Shown: in pieces, positions 1 through 10,594 of the stretch
Layout: each line of letters begins with the position of its first letter
Position numbering within the stretch: the stretch's first letter is position 1
Assembly (NCBI GenBank): GCA_965213735.1
Contig: CBDCAB010000005.1
Span: 279,134 to 343,133 of the forward strand
Direction of reading: 5' to 3'
Source: Saprospiraceae bacterium
GTDB taxonomy: Bacteria; Bacteroidota; Bacteroidia; Chitinophagales; Saprospiraceae
Length of the DNA: 64,000 bases
Program-made: the position numbers and the translations under genes
The notes under the pieces: generated by a model
What the model saw: the letters and a program-made list of their open reading frames with translations, nothing else
The model's database searches: none
Told to the model about the DNA's origin: nothing

Positions 1-1716
1 GGCATGCACACCAAGCTCGGGAAAAGCGCCCTCGAGGTCGTGATGACCGTCCTCCACGCAGGAGGTAAATTTGATAAGGATACCTACAAAGTTTCTGGAG
101 GCCTGCACGGAGTTGGAGTCTCCTGCGTCAACGCACTCTCCGCCTACCTGCGCGCCGAAGTCCACCGCGAAGGCAAAGTATTCGAGCAAGAGTATTCTAT
201 CGGTAAGCCACTGGGCGGAGTCAAGGTAATCGGTGAAAGCACCTCCAACGGCACCTCCATCACCTTTAGGCCCGATCCGAGCATCTTCGAGATCCTCACC
301 TACAAGTTCGATACCCTCGCCACCAGATCGCGTGAGCTCAGTTACCTCAACGCCGGGCTGCACCTTACCCTCATCGATGAACGCGAAGAGGTGGAAGATG
401 ATGACGGCAATCCCGCAGGCTTTCGCACCGAGACGTATCTGTCAGAAGGAGGATTAAAAGAGTTTGTCACTTTTCTCGACGCAGCACGTGAAAGCCTCAT
501 CGGTGAGCCCATCCACGTCACTGGAAAAGAAGACAACGTGGAGGTGGAGGTAGCAATGCAGTACAATACTTCCTTTTCAGAAAGTATCCACTCTTACGTC
601 AACAACATTAATACCCGCGAAGGCGGTACCCACGTATCCGGCTTTCGTAGAGCGCTGGCACGCGAGTTTGGCAAATATGCAGAAGACGAAGGATTGTTTT
701 CGAAGCTTAAGTTTAAGGTAAATACGGATGACTTTCGCGAAGGTATGACGGCCGTGGTTAGCGTTAAGATTCCAGAACCACAATTTAAAGGTCAGACAAA
801 AGGCGAGCTCGGCAACTCTGAGGTGACGGGTATCGTAAGTCGAGCCGTGGGCAGCGCGCTAAAGATTTTCCTCGAGGAGAATCCACACAAGGCGCGCCGC
901 ATCATCGACAAAGTCATACTTGCGGCTACTGCTCGCCACGCGGCCCAAAAAGCGCGCGCCACCGTCCAACGCAAAAATGTGCTTACGGGCGCAGGTCTAC
1001 CAGGTAAGCTCTCCGACTGCTCATCAAAAGATCCGCATGAATCTGAAATTTTCCTCGTGGAGGGCGACTCAGCCGGGGGTACAGCTAAGCAAGGACGCGA
1101 TCGTAATTTTCAAGCTATCCTCCCGCTGCGTGGTAAAATCCTCAACGTAGAGAAGGCGCTCGAGTATAAGATTTACGACAATGAGGAGATTAAAAACATG
1201 TTTACCGCCCTCGGCGTCAGCATTGAAGAAAAGGAAGGTCAACGTGTGCTCAATGTCGACAAGCTGCGCTACCACAAGGTGGTCATTATGTGTGATGCCG
1301 ATATTGACGGCTCTCACATCGTGACGCTCATCCTCACCTTCTTCTTCCGCTACATGCGGCCACTCATTGAGCAGGGCGTGATTTATATCGCTGCCCCCCC
1401 GCTTTATCGCGTGGCTAAAGGCTCGAAGTTTCAGTATGCTTGGAACGAGGAGGAGCGCAAGGAAGCCGTGGCCCGAATCGGCAACAGCGTCGATGATAGC
1501 AGCGTGAAGATTCAGCGCTACAAGGGCTTGGGAGAAATGAATGCCGAGCAACTTTGGGACACCACTATGGACCCAACCACACGCATCCTGCGCCAAGTCA
1601 CTATCGATGATGCTGCCGAAGCCGACCGAATCTTCTCGATGTTGATGGGCGATGAAGTACCTCCGCGTCGAGCTTTCATTGAGGCCAATGCGAAGTACGC
1701 GAAGGTGGATGCGTAG
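1..1716 (+). CDS. gyrB: DNA gyrase subunit B, C-terminal ~570 aa (5' end lies outside the window)
   Basis: The frame is open to the window edge. GyrB signatures are present: LHGVGVSCVNALS, EGDSAGG, PLRGKILNVE, IMCDADIDGSHI, QRYKGLGEMN. Confidence 0.97.
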   Translation, partial: GMHTKLGKSALEVVMTVLHAGGKFDKDTYKVSGGLHGVGVSCVNALSAYLRAEVHREGKVFEQEYSIGKPLGGVKVIGESTSNGTSITFRPDPSIFEILTYKFDTLATRSRELSYLNAGLHLTLIDEREEVEDDDGNPAGFRTETYLSEGGLKEFVTFLDAARESLIGEPIHVTGKEDNVEVEVAMQYNTSFSESIHSYVNNINTREGGTHVSGFRRALAREFGKYAEDEGLFSKLKFKVNTDDFREGMTAVVSVKIPEPQFKGQTKGELGNSEVTGIVSRAVGSALKIFLEENPHKARRIIDKVILAATARHAAQKARATVQRKNVLTGAGLPGKLSDCSSKDPHESEIFLVEGDSAGGTAKQGRDRNFQAILPLRGKILNVEKALEYKIYDNEEIKNMFTALGVSIEEKEGQRVLNVDKLRYHKVVIMCDADIDGSHIVTLILTFFFRYMRPLIEQGVIYIAAPPLYRVAKGSKFQYAWNEEERKEAVARIGNSVDDSSVKIQRYKGLGEMNAEQLWDTTMDPTTRILRQVTIDDAAEADRIFSMLMGDEVPPRRAFIEANAKYAKVDA

Positions 1717-1835
1717 GGTAAGGATTTAGCAGATGGGTCTTTGGGCTCGGCTTTGGTGACAAGTGCCCTCCCCACGCAACGCACCCCAGCACTGCGGCGT
1801 TAGCATCCCGGACCCGACCTAGCCTGAAACACTGC

Positions 1836-4796
1836 ATGAACGTATACCCCAAGACCTTACTGGGCTGCCTCTGCGCAGTACTGTTGTTTTGCTGCGCAGC
1901 ACGCGCACACGCAGCTACACCTAGAGGTCTGGGTGAAAACCCCAACCGCGATGCCTGGGTAGAAGCCCATCTCGCCTCCTTGAGCACCGACGAACGCATC
2001 GGCCAACTCTTCGTGGCTCGAGCACACTCCGATAAAGGCGCAGCCGAACTCAACAAGCTCAAAAAACTCGTTCGCGAACAACATATCGGCGGACTGCTCT
2101 TCTACAGCGGCAGCCCCGAAGCACAAGCTCGCTGGACCAATCAGCTGCACGCCACCGAAACTAAAGTGCCGCTGATCATCTGCATGGATGCCGAAGCTGG
2201 TCTCGCCCTCTACATGGGTAAAGATCGCGTGCCGACCTTTCCCGATGCCCTCACCATGGGTGCCGCAAATGACGCAGCCCTGACACGTGAGATTGGTCGC
2301 GAAGTAGGGCGCGAACTGCGTAGACTCGGCGTCCACCTCAGCTTTGCCCCCGTTGCCGATCTCAATACCAATCCTGCCAATCCCGTCATAGGCAAACGTA
2401 GTTTTGGTGAAGACCCCATCCGCACAGGGCGGCAGGCTTCCGCTTATGCACGAGGATTGCACGATTCTCAAGTGCTGGCCGTCGCCAAACATTTTCCCGG
2501 ACACGGCGATACACACGTCGATTCTCACCTTGCGCTGCCCGTTTTGGGTTTTGGCGAAAGCAGACTCGACTCCCTCGAGCTGGTGCCATTTCGCATGCTC
2601 GCACAGGATGGCATCGATGGTATTATGACTGCCCACCTAGCCGTGCCCGCCGTTGATGGGAGAGCTAATCGGCCAGCTAGTTTGAGTGCCGCTTTCGCGC
2701 AAAACATACTGCGAAACCGTTGGCAATACGAGGGATTAATTGTCACCGATGGCCTCGATATGAAAGGGGTCACCGCACATTTTAGCAGCGGAGAAATAGC
2801 AGTAGAAGCCCTGCTTGCAGGCAATGACATGTTGCTTGTACACGCGGATATTCCGGCTGCCGTGGCCGCCATCAAACGCGCACTCACACAAGGAATTATC
2901 AGCACCGAACGTCTAGACTTTTCAGTTCGGAAAATACTCGCTGCTAAATACGATGCAGGCCTGCACAATCCACCTGCGACACTCTCGCCCTTTAGCGTGC
3001 AAAGCGAGCTAAATGCACCGGTAGCCAAAGACCTCAACGAGCGTCTGTTTCGCAAAGCTATTACAGTGGTGCGGCACCAGTCTCAGCCGCTGCCCCTGTT
3101 GCGCGTGGACACGATGCATACAGCTGTTCTATCGCTGGGCGGCAAACCCAGCAATACATTTCAGCAATCAACCAGCCGCTATGCAACCGTGCAGAAGCTG
3201 CATATCGCCAAGCCACTTTCAGGTATCGAGCAGAAGCGTTGGGCAGAGCAACTCAGCACGTTCAGTGTGGTGCTGGTGGGCCTCCACGACCTGCGTTGGA
3301 ATCCTGCCGAAGGCTACGGCCTGCTGCCCAGCCACCTCAACATGCTGCGGCAAATACCGCGATCTACCCGCGTAATTTTGGTGCTTTTCGGTACACCTTA
3401 TTCTCTCCAACTACTAGCAGATTTTGAAAATATCATCGTAGCGTACGAGAACACCAGCTATGCTCAAAAAGCAGCTGCAGAAGTAATTTATGGCGCTATT
3501 CCAAGCTTCGGAAGTTTGCCTATAAATGCCGGTTTTAGTTTTGGCGTAGGCACCTCGGAAAATACCGGATCTGCGTTTCGGCTGCAGTTTTCGACGCCCG
3601 GCAATGCGGGTTTTAGCGAAAGCGAACTGAGAGAAGTTGACAAGCTAGCCGCCGAAGCTATCGCCACGCGTTCGACCCCCGGCGGAGTAGTACTGGCAGC
3701 ACATAATGGCGAGGTGGGACTTTACAAAGCCTACGGTCGACACACCTACTCCGACAAGAGTCTGCCGGTAGATGAGGAGACGGTGTACGATCTGGCTAGT
3801 ATCACGAAAGTGGCCGCAGCAACGCTGTCGATCATGAGGCTGCACGAGCGCGGTGATATCAGCGTGTACGACCGACTCGATCAGCACCTGCCGTGGCTCA
3901 AAGGCACTGATAAAGGTAGCCTCATTATACAGGATGTGATGGCGCACCAGGCACGACTCCAGGCTTGGATACCTTTTTATGAAAGCACGCTGGTGCGCAC
4001 CTCTACGGGCACAAAAGCTTATCGTCCAGGCCTTTATGCCAAACAATCGAGTGGGAGCATCAATGTGCCGGTGACGGATAAGCTGTTCATTTTGCAGAGC
4101 TACTACGACACTATTTACACGCTCATCACCGAGAGTAGCCTACGGAGCCGCCCCGGATATCGCTACTCTGATTTGGGTTTTTATCTCATGGCTGCCATCG
4201 TCAAAGAGAAGACTGGGCTGCCGCTCGATGTATTTGCCGAGCGCGAATTTTACCGGCCGCTCGGGCTGCGCACCATCGGCTACAACCCCCTGAAGCGGAT
4301 GGACGTATCGCGCGTACCGCCCACTGAAGAAGATGATTATTTCCGCTTTGCGACGGTGCAGGGCTACGTGCATGATATGGGCGCGGCCATGCTGGGAGGC
4401 GTGAGTGGCCATGCGGGCCTGTTTAGTGATGCCATTGATTTGGCGGTGATTATGCAGATGCTGCTCAACGAGGGTTATTACGGCGGGCGGCGCTACTTCA
4501 AACCTGAAACGGTGGAGCTATTTACGACGCGTCATCCCAAAAGTACGCGGCGTGCGCTGGGCTGGGACATGGCCGAGCTTTCGAGTCGTGGCAGCACGAA
4601 TATGAGTCCTTTAGCTTCCGCCAAAACGTTCGGTCACCTAGGTTTTACAGGTACCTGCGCCTGGGCCGACCCAGAGACAGGGGTGATATTTATCTTCCTC
4701 ACCAACCGGACTTATCCTAAGATGACGCCGAATAAATTTGGACGAGAAAACTACCGGCCGCGCATGCAGAGTGCGGTTTATGAGGCGCTGAGGTAA
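1836..4796 (+). CDS. Secreted GH3 (NagZ-like beta-N-acetylhexosaminidase) fused to a serine beta-lactamase/PBP-like hydrolase domain
   Basis: 986-aa ORF with an N-terminal signal peptide. GH3 motifs KHFPGHGDT and VTDGLDMKG are present. The C-terminal half carries S-x-x-K (SITK), YSD and HLGFTG motifs of class C beta-lactamase-like esterases. Confidence 0.85.
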   Translation: MNVYPKTLLGCLCAVLLFCCAARAHAATPRGLGENPNRDAWVEAHLASLSTDERIGQLFVARAHSDKGAAELNKLKKLVREQHIGGLLFYSGSPEAQARWTNQLHATETKVPLIICMDAEAGLALYMGKDRVPTFPDALTMGAANDAALTREIGREVGRELRRLGVHLSFAPVADLNTNPANPVIGKRSFGEDPIRTGRQASAYARGLHDSQVLAVAKHFPGHGDTHVDSHLALPVLGFGESRLDSLELVPFRMLAQDGIDGIMTAHLAVPAVDGRANRPASLSAAFAQNILRNRWQYEGLIVTDGLDMKGVTAHFSSGEIAVEALLAGNDMLLVHADIPAAVAAIKRALTQGIISTERLDFSVRKILAAKYDAGLHNPPATLSPFSVQSELNAPVAKDLNERLFRKAITVVRHQSQPLPLLRVDTMHTAVLSLGGKPSNTFQQSTSRYATVQKLHIAKPLSGIEQKRWAEQLSTFSVVLVGLHDLRWNPAEGYGLLPSHLNMLRQIPRSTRVILVLFGTPYSLQLLADFENIIVAYENTSYAQKAAAEVIYGAIPSFGSLPINAGFSFGVGTSENTGSAFRLQFSTPGNAGFSESELREVDKLAAEAIATRSTPGGVVLAAHNGEVGLYKAYGRHTYSDKSLPVDEETVYDLASITKVAAATLSIMRLHERGDISVYDRLDQHLPWLKGTDKGSLIIQDVMAHQARLQAWIPFYESTLVRTSTGTKAYRPGLYAKQSSGSINVPVTDKLFILQSYYDTIYTLITESSLRSRPGYRYSDLGFYLMAAIVKEKTGLPLDVFAEREFYRPLGLRTIGYNPLKRMDVSRVPPTEEDDYFRFATVQGYVHDMGAAMLGGVSGHAGLFSDAIDLAVIMQMLLNEGYYGGRRYFKPETVELFTTRHPKSTRRALGWDMAELSSRGSTNMSPLASAKTFGHLGFTGTCAWADPETGVIFIFLTNRTYPKMTPNKFGRENYRPRMQSAVYEALR

Positions 4797-4873
4797 CAAA
4801 GTTTTTGCAAGAATTACATTTTCCTGCTTCCGCCAAAACCTATTGGCCCCGTGTTTGCCTGAAAACGGTTGCT

Positions 4874-6577
4874 ATGCAACTGAAATCTACAATAGGAACC
4901 CTTCTGGCTGCAGCCGTACTCGTGCTCGCCACTCCTGCCCTCGCTCAAGACCTTAACTACAAGCAAGCTGATGACTTTGCGGATTGGCTCGTCGCCGACG
5001 GGCAGTTTAGCAAAGCTGCTGGCCTATACGCTGAAGCTTTCGAAGAGCGTGCACGTAACGTGTATGCATACAAAGCTGCCGAATTGTACTTCTACGTGAA
5101 GAACTACGCGAAAGCTGCCAAATTTTATGAGGCTGTCGCCAAAGCTACCAGCGACTATCCCGATGCACGTCTTAAGTATGCGCGCTCTCTCAAGCGGATG
5201 GGCAACTTTGAGGATGCACTCACGGAATACACCAACTTCACCAAAGGCTACGTGGCCGCTGATTCGGCTACTATGCGCCAGCGCGTCAACGAAGAAACTG
5301 CAGGCGTAGAACTTGCTCTCGCTGAAAAGAAACGCGTGGACCCAACCATCTTCGTCGACCGTATCAGCGCCGTGATCAACGGCATGAAAAATGAGATTGC
5401 GCCGCAGATCATGGCTGATGGTTCACTTACGTTTATCAGCGACTTCGATGGCACCATGCGCGCATATTCGAGTGAGCGTGCGGGTAATGCCTGGACGCAG
5501 ATGCGACCTTCACCAGCCTTACCTGTGCTCGAAGATGGCGGCCATATTGCTGGCGGCACCCTCGTCAGTAAAGATCGCTATGTGTTTGGCCTTTGTCCAG
5601 CGACAGAATTTATGGCGCAGCCTGCGGTAAGATGCAGCATTCAAGAAATTACTCGCCGCGGCGGTGAATGGGGCGCACCCAGAGCGATTGCTGGCAACAT
5701 CAACGTGGAGGGAGTTAGCTCAACACACCCTTTCATCTTCGAAGCTGATGGCAAGGAAGTCATGATCTTTGCCAGCGATCGCCCCAACGGCTTTGGCGGC
5801 TTGGACCTGTGGAAGGCAGAGCGTAATCTTGGTTCTGACGTTGCGCTTTATGGTACTCCCGTCAATCTCGGTGCTACTGTGAATGGCCCCGGTAACGAGG
5901 TTACTCCATTTTTTGATCAAGAAACGCGCATCCTTAGCTTCTCGAGTGATGGAGGAATCACGCTCGGCGGCTACGATGTATTTCACGCAACAGCAACCGA
6001 AGGGATTGGTGGGTGGACGACAGCCATCAACCCCGGCACGCCCATCAACTCTACTGCCGACGACTACCATTACCGCACCGTGCCAGGCACTACCAAAGCC
6101 TTTTTAGCTAGCAACCGCAGCGAAGACCTGAGCCGCACCATCATGACCAATGATGATCTCTACACGGTGAGTTACAGCTACCCAAATATTGCGGTCGAGC
6201 TAATGATCGTCGATGATGCCACAGGCGAAGCGGTCAGTGATCCGACGCTCACGGTGAGTCTCAATCCCGATGGTTTTGAGCTCAAGCCGATGATTGTGCG
6301 CCGCAGCCTCGATGGCTTCTTTAAGTTCTCGCTGCCAACAGATCGGGATGTGACGCTCGACGTGATTCGCCCATACTTCGACGACAGCAATTTAACGATC
6401 CGCATTCCAAACGGCGAGAAAGACGGTTTTCAGGTTAAGCCTATCCGCATCGACCGCACACCTGTTGGTGATGACGATGTGCAGGTTGTTGCGCGCGTCC
6501 GCCGCCCCGGCTCTACACCCGAGCGCGTTGAGCGTGAGGTGATGACAGCCACTGGAGAAGAGGAGGAGGGGCAGTAA
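4874..6577 (+). CDS. Secreted TPR plus PD40 (TolB-like beta-propeller) repeat protein
   Basis: An internal Met at 4874 gives a signal peptide (MQLKSTIGTLLAAAVLVLATPALAQ). TPR-like helices follow, with PD40-type motifs FASDRPNGFGGLDLW and FSSDGGITLGGYDVF. Confidence 0.7.
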   Translation: MQLKSTIGTLLAAAVLVLATPALAQDLNYKQADDFADWLVADGQFSKAAGLYAEAFEERARNVYAYKAAELYFYVKNYAKAAKFYEAVAKATSDYPDARLKYARSLKRMGNFEDALTEYTNFTKGYVAADSATMRQRVNEETAGVELALAEKKRVDPTIFVDRISAVINGMKNEIAPQIMADGSLTFISDFDGTMRAYSSERAGNAWTQMRPSPALPVLEDGGHIAGGTLVSKDRYVFGLCPATEFMAQPAVRCSIQEITRRGGEWGAPRAIAGNINVEGVSSTHPFIFEADGKEVMIFASDRPNGFGGLDLWKAERNLGSDVALYGTPVNLGATVNGPGNEVTPFFDQETRILSFSSDGGITLGGYDVFHATATEGIGGWTTAINPGTPINSTADDYHYRTVPGTTKAFLASNRSEDLSRTIMTNDDLYTVSYSYPNIAVELMIVDDATGEAVSDPTLTVSLNPDGFELKPMIVRRSLDGFFKFSLPTDRDVTLDVIRPYFDDSNLTIRIPNGEKDGFQVKPIRIDRTPVGDDDVQVVARVRRPGSTPERVEREVMTATGEEEEGQ

Positions 6578-6600
6578 GATTCATTTTTTTGAAGTTTGTT

Positions 6601-6640
6601 AAGCCGCATCCTGAGTTTTGGGGTGCGGCTTTTTTGTTTG
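6601..6640 (+). terminator. Rho-independent terminator after the PD40 gene
   Basis: AAGCCGCATCC / GGGGTGCGGCTT stem (one G-T pair) with an 8-nt loop, followed by TTTTTGTTT. Confidence 0.8.
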
Positions 6641-6955
6641 GGGCTTCAGCGCAACTTGGGATAGCTGTGTCATTTTGAGGAGTGCTGAAAATATTGGGCG
6701 ATTTAATCCGGCCACAAACAAGATCTAAGCACGCAGGCCACGAGTCCCGGGTAAATCCTAGCCTCTGAGCGCTTAGACATAGATCCTCCCTTTTAGGATT
6801 GATTCCAGCTGCGTAGCTGCGTCGTTCAAAGGAGCCCTGGATTTATCCGGCGACTGTACGGACAAATGTGCTCAACTTGGCCGGAATCAGCTGCACCTGT
6901 GCCTCGCATTTGCCCAAAATACCCTATCTCGCAGCTATACATATGCCCCCTGATC

Positions 6956-8401
6956 ATGTTTGAGCAGACCTTCAAAAACATCGACGACCTGCTGTACAAG
7001 GACGCCGGTGCCGACTCCGAATTGGACTACATCGGCCAGACGAGCTGGGTACTCTTTCTACGCTACCTGCACGACCTGGAGGCTGAACTCGCTGATACGG
7101 CAGCACTCGAAGGGCGCGAGCACAGCTACATCCTCGATGAGGAGTACCGCTGGAACAGCTGGGCTATGCCGCAGCGCCCCGACGGCAGCTACGACAAGAA
7201 TGAGGCGCTGGCGGGTGACGATCTGATTGATTTTGTAAAGGAGGAGCTGTGGCCATATCTAGCCGACTTCAAGGACGAAACCAGCGATACACAGACCATT
7301 GAGTATAAAATCGGGGAGATCTTCTCGGAGCTGGAGTTCAAGATTAAAAGTGGATTCATCCTGCGCGAAATTTTGGAGTACGCAGATGAGCTGCCCTTCA
7401 AGTCGAGTAAAGAGAAGCACGAGTTGAGCCATCTCTACGAGACCAAGATTAAGAATATGGGCAATGCCGGTCGCAACGGCGGCCAGTACTACACGCCCCG
7501 CCCTTTGATTCGGGCTATGATCAAGGTGATTGACCCAAAGTTGGGCGAGCGCATCTACGATGGTGCGGCGGGTAGTTGTGGATTTCTCTGTGAGGCTTTC
7601 GAATACTTACAACCACAAGTGAAGTCGACCTCCGATCTGGAGACGCTACAAGAGCGGACGCTGTACGGTAAAGAGAAGAAAAACCTTGCCTACGTGATCG
7701 GGACGATGAACATGATCCTGCACGGCATTCGTGCCCCCAACCTACGGCGCGTCAATACGCTGAGTGAGGACGTGCGTCAGGTCCAGGAGAAAAATCGCTT
7801 CGACGTGATCCTTGCCAATCCGCCCTTCGGCGGGAAGGAGCGCAAGGAAGTGCAGCAAAACTTCGACATTAAGACCGGTGAGACGGCTTTTCTTTTTATG
7901 CAGCACTTCCTGAAGATGCTGCGGACGGGTGGAAGGGCTGCTGTGGTGATTAAAAATACATTCCTATCGAATTCCGATGCTAGTGCCTTAAGGAAGTTAC
8001 TGCTCGAAAGCACGCAACTGCACACCATTCTGGATATGCCCGGCGGCACTTTTCAGGGTGCGGGTGTGAAGACAGTGGTACTTTTCTTTGAAAAGGGCGA
8101 GCCTACCCGCAAGATTTGGTACTACCAGTTTGACCCGGGCAGAAACATGGGTAAGACCAATCCGCTCAACGATGAGGATTTGCAGGATTTCTTGCGGCTT
8201 GCGCCAAAACACGAGGACTCGGACAAGAGCTGGACAATTCACGTCAACGACGTCGATCAGGACACCTATGACCTTAGCACTAAGAATCCGAATGCACCAG
8301 AACCTGCGCCCCTTCGTGCACCCGCTGAAATTCTCGCTGAGATGGAGCAGCTAGACGAAGCGACACGGAAGTTATTGGGGGAGTTAAAGGAGTTGATATG
8401 A
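6956..8401 (+). CDS. hsdM: Type I restriction-modification system, DNA methyltransferase subunit
   Basis: Motifs GQYYTPRPLI, DGAAGSCGFL (AdoMet motif I) and NPPFGG (motif IV). The stop overlaps the hsdS start (ATGA at 8398-8401). The start is chosen at the internal Met (MFEQTFKNIDDLLY). Confidence 0.93.
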   Translation: MFEQTFKNIDDLLYKDAGADSELDYIGQTSWVLFLRYLHDLEAELADTAALEGREHSYILDEEYRWNSWAMPQRPDGSYDKNEALAGDDLIDFVKEELWPYLADFKDETSDTQTIEYKIGEIFSELEFKIKSGFILREILEYADELPFKSSKEKHELSHLYETKIKNMGNAGRNGGQYYTPRPLIRAMIKVIDPKLGERIYDGAAGSCGFLCEAFEYLQPQVKSTSDLETLQERTLYGKEKKNLAYVIGTMNMILHGIRAPNLRRVNTLSEDVRQVQEKNRFDVILANPPFGGKERKEVQQNFDIKTGETAFLFMQHFLKMLRTGGRAAVVIKNTFLSNSDASALRKLLLESTQLHTILDMPGGTFQGAGVKTVVLFFEKGEPTRKIWYYQFDPGRNMGKTNPLNDEDLQDFLRLAPKHEDSDKSWTIHVNDVDQDTYDLSTKNPNAPEPAPLRAPAEILAEMEQLDEATRKLLGELKELI

Positions 8402-9621
8402 GTCGGTGGGAGGTGAAAAAGCTTGGAGACCTGTGCAATATACAACTTGGCAAAACGCCTGCGAGGCGAAATCCAAAATTTTGGGATGCTAAACACCAAT
8501 CAGATAATGTTTGGATATCAATTGCTGACATGAGGCATGGTGAGGTGCTAAGCACGTCAAAAGAGAGACTTACGAGGCTTGGCGCTGCCGAATGTAAAGT
8601 CACTCCACGTGGCACATTACTTTTAAGTTTCAAACTAACTCTAGGGCGAGTAAGTTTTGCAGGACGTAACCTATATACAAATGAAGCAATTGCATCGCTG
8701 CTAAATTTGAAGGTTGATAAGAACTACTTATTTTATTACTTTAGTCATTTTGATTGGATGCGCGCGACCGAAGGCGACCATAAGATAAAAGGCAGGACAT
8801 TAAACAAAGCTAAGTTAAAAGATTTATCTATCCCAGTCCCGCCCCTCTCTGTCCAGCGCGAGATTGTGGATCGCTTGGATGCTGCTTTTGCGTTATTGGA
8901 TAAGGCGGAGGCGAATGTTCGGCGGTGTATTGAGTTGGCGGAGGAGTTGTGGGAGGGGGTGTTGGAGAGTTTATTTGATGCAAAAGATGAGAGGTGGATT
9001 GAGACTGATCTTTCATGCTTATTGAGAAAGAAATACATAATAGATCACATGGATGGAAATCATGGTGGGAACTATCCTCGTAAAAGCGAATTCGTCTTAT
9101 CGGGAGTACCATATTTAAGTGCCAAGAATATTAAAGATGGTCATGTTGATTTCTATGAGGCGAAGTTTCTTTCATATAAAAGAGCAGCTAAACTTAGAAA
9201 AGGATTTGCAAAGAATGGAGATGTGTTATTTGCTCATAATGCTACCGTAGGCCCCGTAGCTATTCTGAACACGGATTATGAAGTGTGTGTTCTTGGGACA
9301 TCGCTTACCTACTATCGCCCTAACCTAAGTTATGTACTGCCTGAATACCTTGCAGCCTACATGCGTAGTCCGCTATTTGTGAGACAATACAATCAAGTTA
9401 TGCGTCAATCAACCAGAAACCAAGTGCCCATCACAAAACAACGCACTTTTACTTTCCTCATCCCACCGCTGCAGGTCCAGAGGAATATGCTCACAGCTTT
9501 GGTGGCATTCTATCGACGTGTTCAAATCATTAAATCAAGCTATAAGGTTCAAGCTCAAAATATATCCGTACTACGAGCTTCAATCCTGGGGCGTGTTTTT
9601 AGTCAAGAACTAATACCCTAA
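8398..9621 (+). CDS. hsdS: Type I restriction-modification system, specificity subunit
   Basis: Two AT-rich variable halves are separated by conserved helical spacers: PPLSVQREIVDRLDAAFALLDKAE centrally and PPLQVQRNML...LRASILGRVF at the C-terminus. The gene is translationally coupled to hsdM. Confidence 0.9.
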   Translation: MSRWEVKKLGDLCNIQLGKTPARRNPKFWDAKHQSDNVWISIADMRHGEVLSTSKERLTRLGAAECKVTPRGTLLLSFKLTLGRVSFAGRNLYTNEAIASLLNLKVDKNYLFYYFSHFDWMRATEGDHKIKGRTLNKAKLKDLSIPVPPLSVQREIVDRLDAAFALLDKAEANVRRCIELAEELWEGVLESLFDAKDERWIETDLSCLLRKKYIIDHMDGNHGGNYPRKSEFVLSGVPYLSAKNIKDGHVDFYEAKFLSYKRAAKLRKGFAKNGDVLFAHNATVGPVAILNTDYEVCVLGTSLTYYRPNLSYVLPEYLAAYMRSPLFVRQYNQVMRQSTRNQVPITKQRTFTFLIPPLQVQRNMLTALVAFYRRVQIIKSSYKVQAQNISVLRASILGRVFSQELIP

Positions 9622-9633
9622 ATAATCATCTGG

Positions 9634-10548
9634 ATGCGAGAACGAGCACCGAACGTTACGATGAACTCAGTGGCGCTATATTATGACAATTCACTAATAT
9701 CAAATCCCGACAATTGGTTTAGTGAATTCAATTATTTTACGAATAGCGGAGCGTTTAATCTTTTCTGTATCAAGACACCCCATGAGCTTAAACTGCAAAT
9801 AGCTATAATACAAGAGCAAGCTTTGAAGGCAGATATAGGTGTCGCGTTAATATTTGAGTTCCATGGCTCGACGAAAGGTCTTCATATTGGAGATGAAATA
9901 CTTCATTGGGATGAGCTGGCGATAGTACTGTGTCAGCTTAATCTCGCCTGTAGGAATCAAGTTTATTCACTATTCGCGACCTGTTTTGCTTCTCAACTTG
10001 GCATTGAGTTTCAAGACCCCCCGAAAATGTTTATCGTAGGAGAAGTAAGGGCACCAATTAACTTCGCAGTATTCCCTGAAGAAGAATTTTATGAATGGGA
10101 AGTCGAAGAATTCGTGCATCCGTTCATCAAACGGTGGCTATCTGGCGACAAGTCTAATATGGACGATTTGTTTACGAAAATCTTTGCAACCAGGGGCGAC
10201 AGGAATGTTTGTTGGATAAATTGCTATGGTCAATGGGATACTCTGCGTCAAAAAACTTATAAAATGTTAAATCAGAAAGTGCTTGGTAATTGGGCTATAT
10301 TGAATCAACACTTGCGTAGTCAGAAAATTAACATTCAGAAAAGAATTGGCCGATGCCCTAGAGCTAAAGATTATAGAGAACATAAATCACAAATTTTGAA
10401 AATTGAGTACTATAAGTTGCTATTATCACAGATCTTCGACCAATTTTTTATGATCGATGTATATCCAGAAAATGCTACGAAATATATTCCTGATCAAGAT
10501 TATTCTGATATCGAATTTCTGATTCTACTGCATAATAATCAATCCTAA
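9634..10548 (+). CDS. Hypothetical protein with a candidate caspase/CHAT-like His...Cys dyad
   Basis: 304-aa AT-rich ORF starting 13 nt after hsdS on the same strand. The segment LIFEFHGSTKGLHIGDEILHWDELAIVL...VYSLFATCFAS fits the strand-HG ... strand-x-C-x-S pattern of the caspase-hemoglobinase fold. The start could instead be at 9661. Confidence 0.55.
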   Translation: MRERAPNVTMNSVALYYDNSLISNPDNWFSEFNYFTNSGAFNLFCIKTPHELKLQIAIIQEQALKADIGVALIFEFHGSTKGLHIGDEILHWDELAIVLCQLNLACRNQVYSLFATCFASQLGIEFQDPPKMFIVGEVRAPINFAVFPEEEFYEWEVEEFVHPFIKRWLSGDKSNMDDLFTKIFATRGDRNVCWINCYGQWDTLRQKTYKMLNQKVLGNWAILNQHLRSQKINIQKRIGRCPRAKDYREHKSQILKIEYYKLLLSQIFDQFFMIDVYPENATKYIPDQDYSDIEFLILLHNNQS

Positions 10549-10594
10549 CGTAAGCGATAGTCCTAATGTGTGAGATTTTTGAATTTTGTAAATC

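Noticed and set aside
1676-2636. Antisense ORFs of 128 aa and 259 aa opposite the end of gyrB and the GH3 gene. Many similar 60-180-aa antisense ORFs lie inside the giant genes.
   Set aside because: These are typical shadow ORFs of moderately GC-rich coding sequence. The sense-strand products have clear family signatures.
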